Assembly (NCBI RefSeq): GCF_006345805.1
Contig: NC_042997.1
Span: forward strand, 82,708,001-82,772,000
Source: Octopus sinensis
Taxonomy: Eukaryota
Direction: 5' to 3'
Length of the DNA stretch: 64,000 bases
In this document: in pieces, positions 1 through 13,080 of the stretch
How positions within the stretch are numbered: the first letter of the stretch is position 1
Layout: the number at the start of each line of letters is the position of its first letter
Made by a program: the position numbers and the translations under genes
The notes under the pieces: generated by a model
What the model saw: the letters and a program-made list of their open reading frames with translations, nothing else
Told to the model about the DNA's origin: nothing
Database searches by the model: none

Positions 1-21
1 ATATATATATATATATATATA

Positions 22-190
22 ATTAGTGAATGGAAGAAATGGAGTTGAACGAAGATTGTACAGAATTCCTTTTATTACATTCTACACATGTTTCAAAGGC
101 CACAATTTTCCAAATTCTGATTAAATAAGGATACCATATTGCAGCTTTCTCTTCAGGAAAAACCAGGAATTACGTTGTCAGAACAATATA
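22..190 (-). mobile_element. Penelope-like (PLE) terminal-repeat fragment with a minimal hammerhead motif
   Basis: Minus strand reads ttttc-CTGAAGA-gaaagctgcaat...attgtggccttt-GAAAC-atgt-GTA-gaatg-taataaa. Diverged homologue of 43340-43490; flanked by (TA)n. Confidence 0.65.
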
Positions 191-233
191 TATATATATT
201 ATATATATATATATATTATATATATATATATTA

Positions 234-372
234 TCAGCTTCGTGCCAGGGATCAACAATTATGTTAGGTAACAATCCAATTATGCAACCCTGCGTTGCCT
301 CTGATGACCGCAGAGTTATATAATTGGATTGTTACCTAACACTCCGTTGAATCCCTGGCGCGAAACCGATTG
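234..372 (+). repeat. Short foldback with degenerate hammerhead-like core (PLE-like)
   Basis: gccagggatcaac...tgttaggtaacaatccaattat is inverted at ~320-360; CTGATGA at ~301 and GAAAC at ~362. Confidence 0.45.
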
Positions 373-486
373 AGAAGAACGGCCGTAATGGATATAAAAT
401 ATTGTACACTTCGGATAATATATCCACTCTATTGACAGATATACGAGTGCATTTTTTCCTGACTTATGGACTCTTAGACGACTTAG

Positions 487-531
<45 letters not shown>

Positions 532-1918
532 TGGGGGGTGGAAGAGAGGGGGAGAGAGAGAGTGGTGGGAAATTGCAATAAACACAAGTCTGTATCCTTT
601 GCTCCTACATACGTCCCCCATTGAAGTTGTTTGGTAACCCTGCAATGGATGTCCCAAGAGCAATTGGATGCTTAACCAGAACGGATCATCAGGGGAACAA
701 CACTCTATTGTATTATCTTACAGAGAACTTACAACATCTAATGCAGAATTCCAAACATCTACAAGGGTGCAACGTATAGGCAAACCTCTATATTGGAAGC
801 GCATTGGATGTTGATAGTCTACGTGAAGCTTTTAACAGTAGCAGCTGTACATTTAATTGTACACATAAGATATACTACTCACACACACATATAGATACAC
901 ATATATACAGACATATGTATGTGCCTATATTCACACATACATACACATAGGTATACACAGGCAAATGTATGTACCGACACACACACATGATGTAATTATA
1001 CAGAACGGGAGAAACATATGGAGAATTTTACTCAGGCAACAAAAAAAATAAAATAAAAAGTAAACTAAAAGTTAAAGAAAAATGTTTTTAAGTTTCTTCG
1101 ACTTAATTACACACACACACACATATGCGTATGTGTTCATATATGTATACCCATTTACATATAAATGTAAAGAGAAACGGGAGAAAAAAACATACAAAAA
1201 GAGAAACTGCGAGGATATGATTTCTTTACTTACAGATTTGTAGGTAAATTATCGACATGTCATCGGTGGCTTTGGTTTTAAAAAAATATTTAGTTTGAAA
1301 ACTTCTGCCTGCTTATTGTGCGTGTTTAAGTTATGTATGTATGCATATGTATGTACGTACATATAAAGCCCTCTTTCAGAATAAGCTAGTTTCCGTAAGT
1401 ACGTGATGTCTCGTCAGCTGTAAACACTCCTTTGTACGTGTGTGCGTGCTTGTTCTTTTTGACGTGTCGAAGTGGGAGAGGAAGCTAATGTGAATGTGTA
1501 TGTATCTGTGTTAGAGAAAGAGAGAGAGAGAGTGTGCGAGCGTGTTCTGTATTTATGTGAGTAGAGGAAGCTACTGAGTATACGTGTGTGTGTGTGTGGT
1601 GTGTGTGTGCGTGCGAGCGTGTTTTATGTAATGTGTGTGAATTGTTCTTACTTGCTTCATTTCTTTATGTAAAATCCGTAAATTTCCAAGAAAACGAGAT
1701 CAACGTCGAAAAAGCCGTATTAACCACGAAAGAGCCGAAATATTGCAACATGCATCAAAGAGCCGAAATATTGCAACATGCATGGAGAAAAGGAAGAAAT
1801 GTTAATTAACACTTACTGTTGATGATGGAAATGCGAAAGAAAGAAATATAAATGACATTAATAGAAATATTGATATTTCTAAATCTCTCTAAAGGAGACT
1901 ACGGCAGCGGTACTGGAC

Positions 1919-2224
1919 ATTAATAGTTATCGCCAAGCTAACATGGCAGTCCAGGAAAATAGGACGAATGCTGCCGTTGATTAGATCCAAGAGGCCATCA
2001 CCTCTAGCTCTGGGACACACAAACCTATGTCCATTATAACCCTCGAACAGGGGAGGTCAGCAGCTTCCCCTTGCTGATTCAACACCACTTGTTCGAAGGT
2101 TATAATGAACACAGGTTTGTGTGTCACATAGCTAGCTAGAGGCAATGGCCTCTTGGAGCTAATCAACGGCAGCATTCGTCCTATTTTCCTGGACTGCCAT
2201 GTTAGCTTGGCTATTACTATTAAT
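1919..2224. repeat. ~300-bp long hairpin (inverted repeat)
   Basis: 1919-~2050 is the reverse complement of ~2085-2224 (e.g. gccaagctaacatggcagtccaggaaaataggacgaatgctgccgttgattag). Confidence 0.85.
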
Positions 2225-2473
2225 ATAAATGACATTAATTTCTATTAATTTTAAAGCTAAATTAAGCAAGATCTGTGGGACTATACAACGCATTTTATGA
2301 AATTCATTAAAAAAATCGTGTTTGAAATGGTAAATTAAGCAGTATAATACTGTCTAATGGATTTTATGAAATTCATAAAAGCAATATTATTGTTGCATTG
2401 TCACCAACAAATTTCTAATAGATATGTAGAAAATAGAGCATCCGAGGTGCCATGCATGTTACGATATTTCTTC

Positions 2474-3112
2474 TGTAGCAAACTCTAGTGAGCTTCCTCT
2501 CTTATATTACATAAGAAAGTAGCAGGTAACAGCTAATCTTAGGACTCCGTTGTGTCTACCACTCTGATTGGTTGGTATTGGCACAATTTGTCTCTTTCTC
2601 TATTGTGCGCCAATATGCAATCCAACCAATCACAACCTCCAAATAAATCACGCGAGACAGTCTTTTCCAAAGAGCATTTGAGCCTACCATCAGTTACTAA
2701 AGATCACCTCCTTCTAGTCTCAGCGTCTGTTGCTTCCCGACCTTCTAAGGTCTAACCACTGACCACATTGCAGCGATCTCCATCTTCGTCGCTACCACTG
2801 ATGTCTCTAACCGACGTCGTCAACAGCATCTACACAGCACTAACACACTACACTGGCTTTAACACATCACTGTTTGTGAGCTTCTCATTAGGGTTAACAG
2901 CTAACATACAACCCATGCAGATGCATGTTGATATATGAATAAAAGTCCATCAACCACTGTCATTCAGCTTATGTATATATACACGTAACCACAATAAACG
3001 TATTCAAAGTTATCACCTTTGTTCCATGTATTTCTTTACCAGGTTCCTACCAAGCCAGATTACAGCCTTCTGAGCAGAGTCACAGTTGGAATACCACCCA
3101 TCCATCTAAACC
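2474..3112 (+). mobile_element. Solo-LTR-like insertion in the Merlin fossil
   Basis: Starts TGTAG, has internal AATAAA signals, flanked by 5-bp direct repeat TCTTC (2469-2473, 3113-3117). Removing it rejoins the transposase pieces. Ends CC rather than CA. Confidence 0.6.
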
Positions 3113-3311
3113 TCTTCACATGACTCCACAATCCCTCCACCGTATTCGTGTGGATTGTGGGGTCGTTGGGGTCAACAAAATTGGCACTATAATTTCTTAG
3201 TAGAATGATTTAGCAGAGTGTTATATTCCTGCCAGCAACCCGTTACAATCTTAGTTCCTGGCAGCACATGTTCATTAATTTCTTATAACAATCTTGCAGC
3301 GCTTCTGTTCG

Positions 3312-4192
3312 GGACGTGAAATTTTTTTCCCAGGAGAGTTCAGGACCCCTGTAATGAACTCATTTGCATACAGCCAATCAGAGCTCACCTTGACCGTGTC
3401 AAGTTAACAAAGGTTCGTATTCAAAATGGAGACTTCCGATTACCATGCGAATCTTGTATTGTATTCTCATTCAGATGCCAATATCCTCGATACTGAACAC
3501 ATACACTGGTTAGCGGTAAGTTTGAATTACCGAAAATCTCTAGTCAGTATACAAACAATTGGTATGCAACCAACTGCAGCATCCAGGAAAAAGATGGTTG
3601 ATAGTGGCAGAAACAGCATTGGTGCTGGCAGACTGTTGAAAAGTGTGAAAGGAAAGGTACCGTTCATCTCTCACATTATGCCTAGACGCAAAGCCCAACA
3701 TAACATTCGTGAACGTGTTAAAGACAACCAATTTCTTTCGTAAAACACAATCTACTAAATAAACTCAAGACGAAGAACGGTGTTGTAAGTCGACCGATCG
3801 CCAAGTTATGCCTGATTTTAGGAGACAAGTAATTAGATAGATTTGCATCTATACCTATTATCGAATTTTGTTAGGGCCCTATATGGTAAAGTTGTGGATG
3901 GGAAAACTGAAGGTAGAGGGTGCTGAGCTAGCAACCCCCACATTACTGTTTTACAAAGTAAACAACACAAATGACTATGCAGAGACAGCCATGGTTGAAA
4001 CAAGAACAAGAACAACAAGCATTATTGAAAGAGAAAAGAAGTATGGTGATTCCTTAACCAAGTGGCCTCATCTTATCGCCCATCACTTATACGCGCATAA
4101 ATTAGTTTGATAGTTGAGCTCTGATTAGCTGTATGCAAATGAGTTCGGGAGCCGGGAACTCTTCGTGGGGAAAAAAATTTTTTTTCGCGTCC
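3312..4192. mobile_element. Unclassified TIR-bounded non-autonomous element inside the Merlin fossil
   Basis: ~75-bp imperfect TIRs ggacgYgaaa..gaactcatttgcatacagcYaatcagagctca; interrupts the transposase at the LIP/VPNRS motif. Confidence 0.65.
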
Positions 4193-4682
4193 TGGACAGG
4201 AATTAAAACACATTTCAAAGTTCCACGCTCTACCATTCCAAGTACCTACTGGCCTTCCCGGTAACGGCCGCGATGGTACTTTTGGTGTATAAACTTGGAT
4301 TTGTCAATTTCCACGACAATATCCTGTCCCCCATGTAGGACAGGATTGTCGATGCACCACAATGCACAAATGTCATGAAAGTAATTGTGCCTGTTAACAA
4401 TTGCTTCCGATGCGACCCCAAACATGCTCGCGCGCACACACACACACACACTCACACACAAGAACAAGTACGCGCACACACATACACATGTACACCCATT
4501 AGCTTTCTCTTCCACTTCGTCACGTCAAACAGAAGAAGCACGCACACACGTACATAGAAATGTTTCACGGAAACTAACGAAGATAATTGAGAAGTCTGAG
4601 ACTTATTCCGAAAGAAGGCCCATAGAGTCGCTCTTGCAGACGGTGAAAGAATAAATGAGTAATTGACTCTATTTCATTCGGT

Positions 4683-5525
4683 TATGTATGTATGTATGTC
4701 ATTATTCATTTTATTTCACGATTTCATGCCATCAGAGAGAGAACCAGTTTCTAACCAAGATCCAAGGTTCCTTCATTGGAATTTCAACATCAACAAGGTA
4801 TTTTTGTTTGTATGTATGTAGTACAGGACACTTGCCCAAGGCGCCACGCAATGGAACTGAACCCAGGCCCATGTGATTAGAAGCAAATTTCTGCAACAAA
4901 ACACATTGGAAAAATAACGGTAGTTCGAAATTGATCGTACATACTCAATCTCACTTGAGGTTAAACAGTCACGAACAAACAAACAAATAAAAACTTTAAA
5001 AAATGATTAAGTAATGTGACTGTTAGAGCGTATACCCACGTTGTTAATTGGGAAAAGTAGGTTGGTCAAATGAATAAAATATAAGCCAACTCATCAGTCT
5101 GTTACCTGACCTTGTGCCTGTGTTTAGAAAATCGTTACTATATTGACCAACCTACTTTTCCCAATTAACAACGTGGGTATACGCTCTAACAGTCACATTA
5201 CTTAATCATTTTTAAAAGTTTTTATTTGTTTGTTTGTTCGTGACTGTTTAACCTCAAGTGAGATTGAGTATGTACGATCAATTTCGAACTACCGTTATTT
5301 TTCCAATGTGTTTTGTTGCAGAAATTTGCTTCTAATCACATGGGCCTGGGTTCAGTTCCATTGCGTGGCGCCTTGGGCAAGTGTCCTGTACTACATACAT
5401 ACAAACAAAAATACCTTGTTGATGTTGAAATTCCAATGAAGGAACCTTGGATCTTGGTTAGAAACTGGTTCTCTCTCTGATGGCATGAAATCGTGAAATA
5501 AAATGAATAATGACATACATACATA
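4683..5525. repeat. Near-perfect inverted duplication, ~385-bp arms, 73-bp spacer
   Basis: 4683-5069 is the reverse complement of 5143-5525; identical mirrored ORFs appear in the ORF track (4773..4982 - and 5230..5439 +). Confidence 0.95.
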
Positions 5526-6259
5526 CATACATACATACACACATACATACATACACACATACATACACACATACATATATACATACATACATACATACAT
5601 GGTGGCTGCCCCCTCGTTATCGAGTATGGCCATTACACGAAGCTTAATCAATGTTGTTATCGTGCAATGCCTGTGCAAGAAGATTTTTTTAAGTGAGGAA
5701 AGGCTGTGCACTGAGTCAATCCCACTCACTAAGCAACAGCAGCCATAATCCGAAAAGAAGAACAAGTCAACATCATCGGTAACCACTGAGCCGCAGGTTT
5801 TATGTCGGAGTTAACCCAGTTACCTTCTCCTAGAAGGATGCTCTGACAAAGGCTAGGAGTCCTTCACTCCCAATGGTTTAACTACGCGATCGGGTATTCA
5901 ATCCGATTATTTCTATTCAGATTACAAGTGCAGGTTTATACCTGTAATTATTGGGGCCCATGGATTTGTAACACACTGCCTAAATACCAATCTTGAAAAT
6001 TAGGCTTCTCAAAACCAGAAAGGAGAAAGCTAATGTGAAGACTACAGATCCAATCCATCACTGGAACCGTAAAACTTTCCAGAAGTATATCATTTAAATA
6101 TATATGAGCATGCCTAGATATGCTACTATATGCATGAGAAAATATACATAAAAACAAAACATACAAATCTACCCGTATACATGCATGCATGCATGCATGC
6201 CTGCCTGCCTGCCTGCCTGCCTGCCTACCTACCTACCTACCTACCTACCTACCTACCTA

Positions 6260-6368
6260 GTTGTTGATGTTTAAATTCTAATGAAGGAGCCTTGGATCTG
6301 GGTTAGAAACTGACTCTTTCTCTATTGGTAAGAAATCTTGAAATAAACTGAATAATGACATACATACA
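6260..6368 (+). repeat. ~105-bp interspersed repeat with hammerhead-like layout and (CATA)n tail
   Basis: Homologous to 5416-5525 and its mirror 4683-4796. Confidence 0.7.
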
Positions 6369-8507
6369 CATTCTAGCGGTGGTCGTCCCTTGGGCACGTC
6401 TTGTGCATGTTAACCTTCTCCATCACTCTCTATACAACCTGTTTAGTGGCTTACTGGAACTTCGGTACCACAACTAGAATTGGAATGAATATAGGAGTGG
6501 TTTCACGTTGCCTTCTCCAAACAAGTGGAATTTGAACTCAGAATGTAGAGAGCTGGAAGATATACCGTAAAATATCTCTGCCGATTCTGCCACTCTCCCA
6601 CTTGAAGAACAACGTGAAATGAAGTTGCTCACGAGCACAAAGCGCTCCCCGGGCCGGATTGTGAGTGCAATACCCCAACCACTAGGCTATGTATGTATGT
6701 ACCAGTTGAGTACTGATAAACGATAAAAAATAACTGTATCTTCGACTACAATATCCAATGTATTATCGCTCCTGCCCGCCTTTTTTTTTTTTTTTTGAAA
6801 ATAAGTATTTGACTGTTATAACTAGCAGGCTGAACTATTAAGTAGAGCAAATGTGGTAACCTCTTTAGACTCAGGGACAATTTTCAAGGGCAGAACTTGA
6901 ATTGTAATGCATCTCTGCAGAGAAAAATAAGGATCTTTGATATAAAAATTTTATACAGAAGTAATTTATACCGAACTGACTGTTTTAGCTTTAACGAGTA
7001 TCCTCTTTTTTCCCCCTTTGTGTTTTAAGGACTTTATCAGCAAAGGGTTTGAGATTTAAATGTGGTCGAAGGTTCATCATCTTTGAAGTAGGGTCCTACA
7101 CGTCAGATAATTTTATTCGTTTATTGTTGGTTAGCTGGCTGGTTTGTTGGTTGGCTGGTTGGCCGGCCTATTGTTTCGTTTAATTATGTGACCTTGATTT
7201 CTTTGTCTTCATTTCATATCAGCCGAAACAGGTGATCGTTATACAGTTACTCGATCTGCTAGAAGTAGCAAACAAATATACCTCGAACAGAGTACCAGGG
7301 AGAAATATTAGAAAGTGGAACACAATTTATTTCGGATCCTGGATGTAGTGATCCTATCAAAATTTAAGAAGTCTGTGAAGCCTTATTTTCATTTTATTTC
7401 TTTTTGAGATGTTTCCTGTTATGTTTTCACGAGTACTTCCGAGCTCAATGTACTGGTTGAAATGCCCTGCTCTCAATCATATCTTTCCATCATGGAAAAA
7501 AGAAAAGAAACACTGGATAGTACAAACTTCGATACACAGCTTACAGAGTAAAAAATGCTTGGATGGTCACAGCTGGGCTGCATTTGAAGTAACATATTGC
7601 ATAGTTCTGTAATAGTTATGTCTGTAGTTAAAGACCCCGTGGAGTAGGATATCAAATGCTTAAACAATAACTGAAGGAAGGAGGTAAAGAAAAACACCCC
7701 TCCACCACCAATATATCGAATTGCATTTTTTCTTAGAGTTACAGAATTAGAGAAAACTCTCTTAATATTCTGCAGGTGATTTTATGATGTTGCTATATTG
7801 GTTTCTAATTTTGGTACGCAGCCAGCAATTTCGAGGGAGGTGGGGGTAAGTCGATTACAACGACCTCAGTACTCAACTGGTACTTATTGTAGTGGCTTCA
7901 TGCAGGTATAGGATGGAGTCAATCCTCGATAGCCAAATTTCACTTAACTATTCAACAGCACTTTTCCCAATACATTTAGTTTCTTTGTGAGTGACAGAAG
8001 TCACATTTGCCAGATGCCTTTGCTAAGCAGAATAATGTCGTTGCCACGTGACCCTTCTAACCTCTTCTCGGCCACCAAAAGCTAGAATAGAGATAACAGA
8101 CCACCAACGAAATTTATTGTTCTCAACAATATGTCTATCCTTCGAGCTGGTTTTGGATAGTTATAAAAACAAGAACTACGTAAGCCAAAGTCAGTTAGTG
8201 AGAACTGAGTCTGGCTGACCGGCTGAACAAAATGCCATCTCTGAAGGAAAAAGCACAAAGGGACAACTATGGTAATTCACCAACGAGCAGTTGTTTCGTC
8301 CCACCACTCTCACTTTCCCTAACTCACTTTCTTTTCTCTGTAGCATTACCATATCTCTCTCTATATACTACTATGATCGTGTACATACATATACAGGCCG
8401 AAATTAAATTTCTTTACATTGCATGCTTTACGAACTGTGTTATACTATTACACTAGCCTACCCATCATGATATGGCATATATTAAAGTAACGGTAAATAA
8501 ATATTTC

Positions 8508-9512
8508 GGATCTTTTCATTTTGAAGGCCAGATTTTCCTAGTTAACTAAAAAATGTGAAACTTCGTATACTGGTAGAATGTGTCAAAAGAAAACATTATT
8601 GTAAACAAATTTGAAAACAAAATTGTTATTCGTAACTTAAACGTAGTTTAATTTTTACGAATTTTAACCAATGAAATCCCAGCATTGCTGCGTTATCGAT
8701 ATTGATAAAGAAATATAGCAGACGCATCACACACACACACACACACACACATTTGCACAAGCACATAGTAATTAATATATAAGCGTACACACACATACAA
8801 ACGGACATACACACACACACACACACAGTAATTAATATGTAAGCGTACACACACATACAAACGGACATATACATATACGCACACAAGCAAAAATACACGT
8901 TCGTGTTTTGCCACTTACCGCAACAAATTTGCACAAAAGGTAAATAAACCAGAAGAGGGGGTGGGGTCAATGTTTCATCGTTTCGGGGTCGATAAATTAA
9001 GTACCAATTACGCACAGGTGTCGAGAATTTTTTTCCCAATTTATATCACAGATTCCGACAAGCTGGGGGCATCCTTTTATGAAAAAATATTTCGCAAATT
9101 TTTACAATACTACTCACACTCCACGCGCAAACTCGAGACCTATTTAGGCATATTATTGTTTTGTTTTTGTTGTTTCTGGCCCTTCAAAACCATGGGAGAA
9201 GCCTTTTCGGTAAAAAAAGTAAAGAAAATATTAAAAAAATATCGTTAATATTTTTATTGGTCGACGAAATTAATCGATTTAAGAGATATAGCTGTTATTT
9301 CTAGCACATGTAGAAGACAGAAGAAGAGGTAAATAATTTGAGCTCGAATGCTGCGATTTCATTGGTTAAAATTCTTAAAATTTAACTACGTTTAAGTTAC
9401 GAATTACAATTTTGTTTACAATAATGTTTTCTTTTGACACATTCTACCAGTATATGAAGTTTCAAATTGTTTAGCTAACTAGGAAAATCTGGCCTTCAAA
9501 ATGAAAAGATCC
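8508..9512. mobile_element. MITE with ~170-180-bp TIRs (possibly Merlin-type)
   Basis: ggatcttttcattttgaaggccagattttcctagtt... and its reverse complement ending ...aaaagatcc; flanks aatatttc/aatatgga are only a partial TSD. Confidence 0.8.
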
Positions 9513-9584
9513 AATATGGATCTATTTCTTTACAACTTTGATTACTGTTCTTCTTTCATCATACAAATGCATTACCATTACCTT

Positions 9585-9950
9585 ATTTTATCAACACCGG
9601 AAGGATGAAAAGCAAAGTTGACCTTGGTGGAATTTGATCTCAGAATGTGAAGACATACGCATTTCGCCCAGCGTGCTGACAATGATGTTACTATATTAAT
9701 TTTAATAATCGTGAGCTAAGTTAAGGCGATGAGCTGGCAGAATCTTTTTTTAGCATGTTGAGCAAAATGTTTAGTGGCATTTCGTCCATCTTTACATTTT
9801 GAGTTCAAATTCCGTTGAGGTTGACTTTGTCTTCCATTTTGGGGGTTGATAAAATAAGTACAAGTACTAGTCGAGCACTGGGATCGATCTAATCAACTTA
9901 TCCCCTCCCCCAAAATTGCTAGCTTTGTGCTAAAATTTGGAATCAATAAC
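9585..9950. mobile_element. Head-to-head pair of tRNA-derived SINEs (family B)
   Basis: ggcgatgagctggcagaat...gagttcaaattcc...gactttg on + at 9724-9950; partial reverse copy at ~9585-9690. Confidence 0.7.
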
Positions 9951-10160
9951 ATTAAGTTCTTTCTTACTTGGTGTAATTTAAAGGAGATATTTACATGATA
10001 GGCATGGCTGTGACTAATAATCTCACTCCACAACCATGTGATTTCAGGTTCAGTTCTACAGTGCAAATGTCGGATCAATTGATGCCACGTGAGAGAATTT
10101 AGTAGATTAAAGAAGTATATTGAAGCCCTTCGCACATATGTGAGAATGTATGTATGTATG

Positions 10161-10834
10161 TGTGAAGCAATTTAGCTTGAGATTTGAAACCAAATCCACT
10201 TGCTTGTTGCTTGTCAAAATGAGCGGGAAATCCTCTCTACACCAGATGATTGATGTGGAAACACTTGATGTCCTAGGACCTGTGCTGGTCAAGGAAAGGT
10301 CAGTCCTTTGTTTAGGGTTTGACCTACATTACTGACCATAGTCTTTATAACAGAGAACACTTCCTATCTCTTCCTCTTTGTGTCGGTAGACCAAGGAGCA
10401 ACACACTCTTCTGCGTCAGCCATGACCAGGAGCAACACTTCCCTTCGCCCTTAGCTCGACATATGAACAGAAGCTTTCGGCCACAAGAAAGACAATACCA
10501 CCTTTATCTTTTATTCCTTTCTAGTTAGCACCATGCATTCCTTACTCTTTCACTCTCTACTGACAGACAACCTTTTTTCTACACTATCAACTACTAACCA
10601 ATAAGCTAACCTTTTTCTACGCTATCACTACAATTACTACTGTCTTTTTAACTACCTGTTGGGCAAACGAATAAATGTATGTAAATAATATTTCTTCCTT
10701 CTTGGTGTTGATTCTTCGATGTTTACTGGTGACTCCGACATGGGAACCTTCAAGTGTTACATCTACACGCTACATTTAGTAGTGGGCTACATCATATCGA
10801 TGTGATTTAAGGATCTCATATTAAGCCCGCTACA
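10161..10834 (+). mobile_element. Possible solo LTR
   Basis: TG...CA ends, internal AATAAA, non-coding; no convincing TSD. Confidence 0.3.
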
Positions 10835-11057
10835 TAGTATATGCACACGTGCATATATTTTAGCGCTTGACAGCTAGTGCTGGTGTGTTTACATACTCAT
10901 AACTTAGTGGTTTGGTAAAGAGGAACCGATAGAATAAATACGAGACTTAAAAATTAGAACTGGGGTTGATTTCATCGACAAAGCGATTTAAGGTAGTACC
11001 CCAGTATGGCCAAGGTTCAATGATCCACACACACACACACACACACACACACATTAT

Positions 11058-11425
11058 TATTACCTCTGCCTTTGCTAGGGTGGAAGTGTTGTTTCAGTTG
11101 TGTTTGTTTGTTTGTTTGTCTGTGGACAAGATATCTCAAGAACTGCTGGACGGATTCAGATGAAACTTTCAGGGATGTTTGGGCTCATAACTGGCATAAA
11201 CTGATTAGATTTTGGGATCGATCTGGTACCGGACAAGGATTCTGGATTATTTTTCCTGTTTTTTTTTTTTACTTAATTTTTGAGAAAAATCAGATTCATT
11301 TTTAGTATTATCATTTGTGAGAGCTGTCGAGTTTATTTCAGATATTCGCATTTTAAAAATCTCTGGCTAATTGTCGAAAGGATGTCGGTGTTGACTTGGC
11401 GAGGTTTGTACTCTCTGAGTGCTCT
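11058..11425 (+). mobile_element. Helentron-type (HINE/DINE-1-like) non-autonomous element
   Basis: Subterminal IR tacctcYgcc / ggcgaggt, (gttt)n microsatellite, 3' hairpin-like actctctgagt. Confidence 0.55.
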
Positions 11426-13060
11426 GGTCCTCGAGCCATTACTGCGCAAGTTGGAGGCTTTGAGGGGTATCCCGCGCGATCTAGGAGGTGGAAACAGCGT
11501 GTGTGCCTATGCCGACGACGTCACCGTGATGGTGTCGAGCCACAGGCACATTGACCTGATTGGCGAAACACTAAACGAGTACGAAGCGGTGACAGGTGCA
11601 AAGATTAACGCGGAAAAGTCCATGGGCTTGCAACTGGGTACCTGGAGAGGCAAGTCCATGCCGTCCAACAGTGTCGTTGGGCACTGGACAGACGGCCCCG
11701 TTAAGCTACTCGGGGTCTGGTTCGGTCTAGACCTCCAGGTGCATAAAAACTGGGAAGAGGGTGGCCAATCTCACCCAGAAATGAGCTGAGAGGAAGCTGT
11801 CCCTGAAAGGTCGAGCGGAGGTGGCGAATGCGTACATCGCATCCGCCATCTATTACCGATTGACCGTCGTCCCTTGTCCCGAGCGCTGGTTGGCCAAGCT
11901 GGTGTGCTTACTCTTTGACTCTTTGTGGAAGGGTCAGGTACCACTGGTCAGGCAATCCATCTGCTGTCAATGGCCGCTGAACGGAGGCCTTGGCATGCCA
12001 TAGTTACTGATGCGCAGACATGCGCTTAGGCTACGGCATCTCAAGTGTTTCCTAGACGGTGAACAGGTGTGGTCATCTTTTGTCAGACGCGACTTTCCAC
12101 AGCTCGTCTCTTTGACAGAGTTGCAGTCTTGGATCAAACACAGACCGAGAAAGGGCGCTTGGCACCTCGAGTGCCGTCAAGCTCTCTCTGCCCTCCACCA
12201 AGCGGGCAATGCTATCGGTAGTGGTTCTACTCTAGCGTTCTATAGAGGGTTAGTAGAAGAAAAGTGTGATGACGTTCTCGGGGAAACTCTAGGCGTTGAT
12301 GATAACGAGCTAAACAGTCTGTTCGGGAGAACTTTCGGGCTGGATAATTTCCAAAGGTCCCTTGCCTGGCAGTGCCAGCGAGGGGCTCTGCCTGTTCGGG
12401 ATAAACTCTACCGGCAGACAGGCCTGCCCGAGGTGTGCCCAGGACAACGAAACCATTCTGCACGCACTCGTCCAGTGCCCGAGTATTGCTGAACTATGGG
12501 TTTATGTCGAACAGCTCCTGTTGCATATAGGACGGATCTGGCTAACAGCTGAATCCATAGTGAGGATTGCCTCGCTGACTTCCTTTAACCGGGAGGGCAA
12601 GGCAGTTTTCCTTTGTCTAGTTGCTGTAGCGAAAGAGGTGATATGGTGGACCCGTTTGAAAGAGCTAAGGTCAGACACTTTCCTCTTTGGCCAAGGCCTC
12701 ATCAACTTTTTCAAGTTTCACTTGAAAAGGAAGATGAGAGTAGAGAGGGAAGTGCTGTCTGGTAGCAAGTTTAATGAAAGGTGGGTGAATGTCGCAAGGA
12801 TGGCCAGTATGACGAATCAATTCTGAGGATACACCTGTGAAAAATTAAAAGGAAATATAAAAGGAGAAAGGGGCTCTCTACCCCCCCCCCTTTTTTTGAC
12901 TAGGCTCCCATGGCTTATATTTCGCTGTTATCCTGCTTTTGTACACAGACTTTTTTCAAACGGACAAAACCCTTTGAAACTTTCGTCCTGTGTTTTGTCC
13001 CTTTATGTTTTAACTGATTTTTGTTAGCCCTTGTGGCCAATAACGAATTAATTAATTATT
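11420..13060 (+). pseudogene. 5'-truncated L1/Tx1-clade LINE (RT C-terminal half and CCHC zinc finger)
   Basis: AYADDVTV, GAKINAEKS, KLLGVWF, GGLGMP, CPRC..ETILHALVQC in frameshifted ORFs; 3'UTR ends in (ATT)n. Confidence 0.85.
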
Positions 13061-13080
13061 ATTATTATTATTATTATTAT

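Larger units (their letters stand above)
2335..4420 (-). pseudogene. Merlin (IS1595/ISXO2-like) DDE transposase fossil, split by two insertions
   Basis: Minus-strand pieces: VEIDKSKF..KYHRGR..VLGMVERGT (~4200-4330); VPNRSAA..VLPGTKIVT..W; NFVDPNDPTIHTNTVEGLWSHVK (~3115-3310); KKYRNMHGTSDALFSTYLLE (~2400-2473). Confidence 0.8.
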
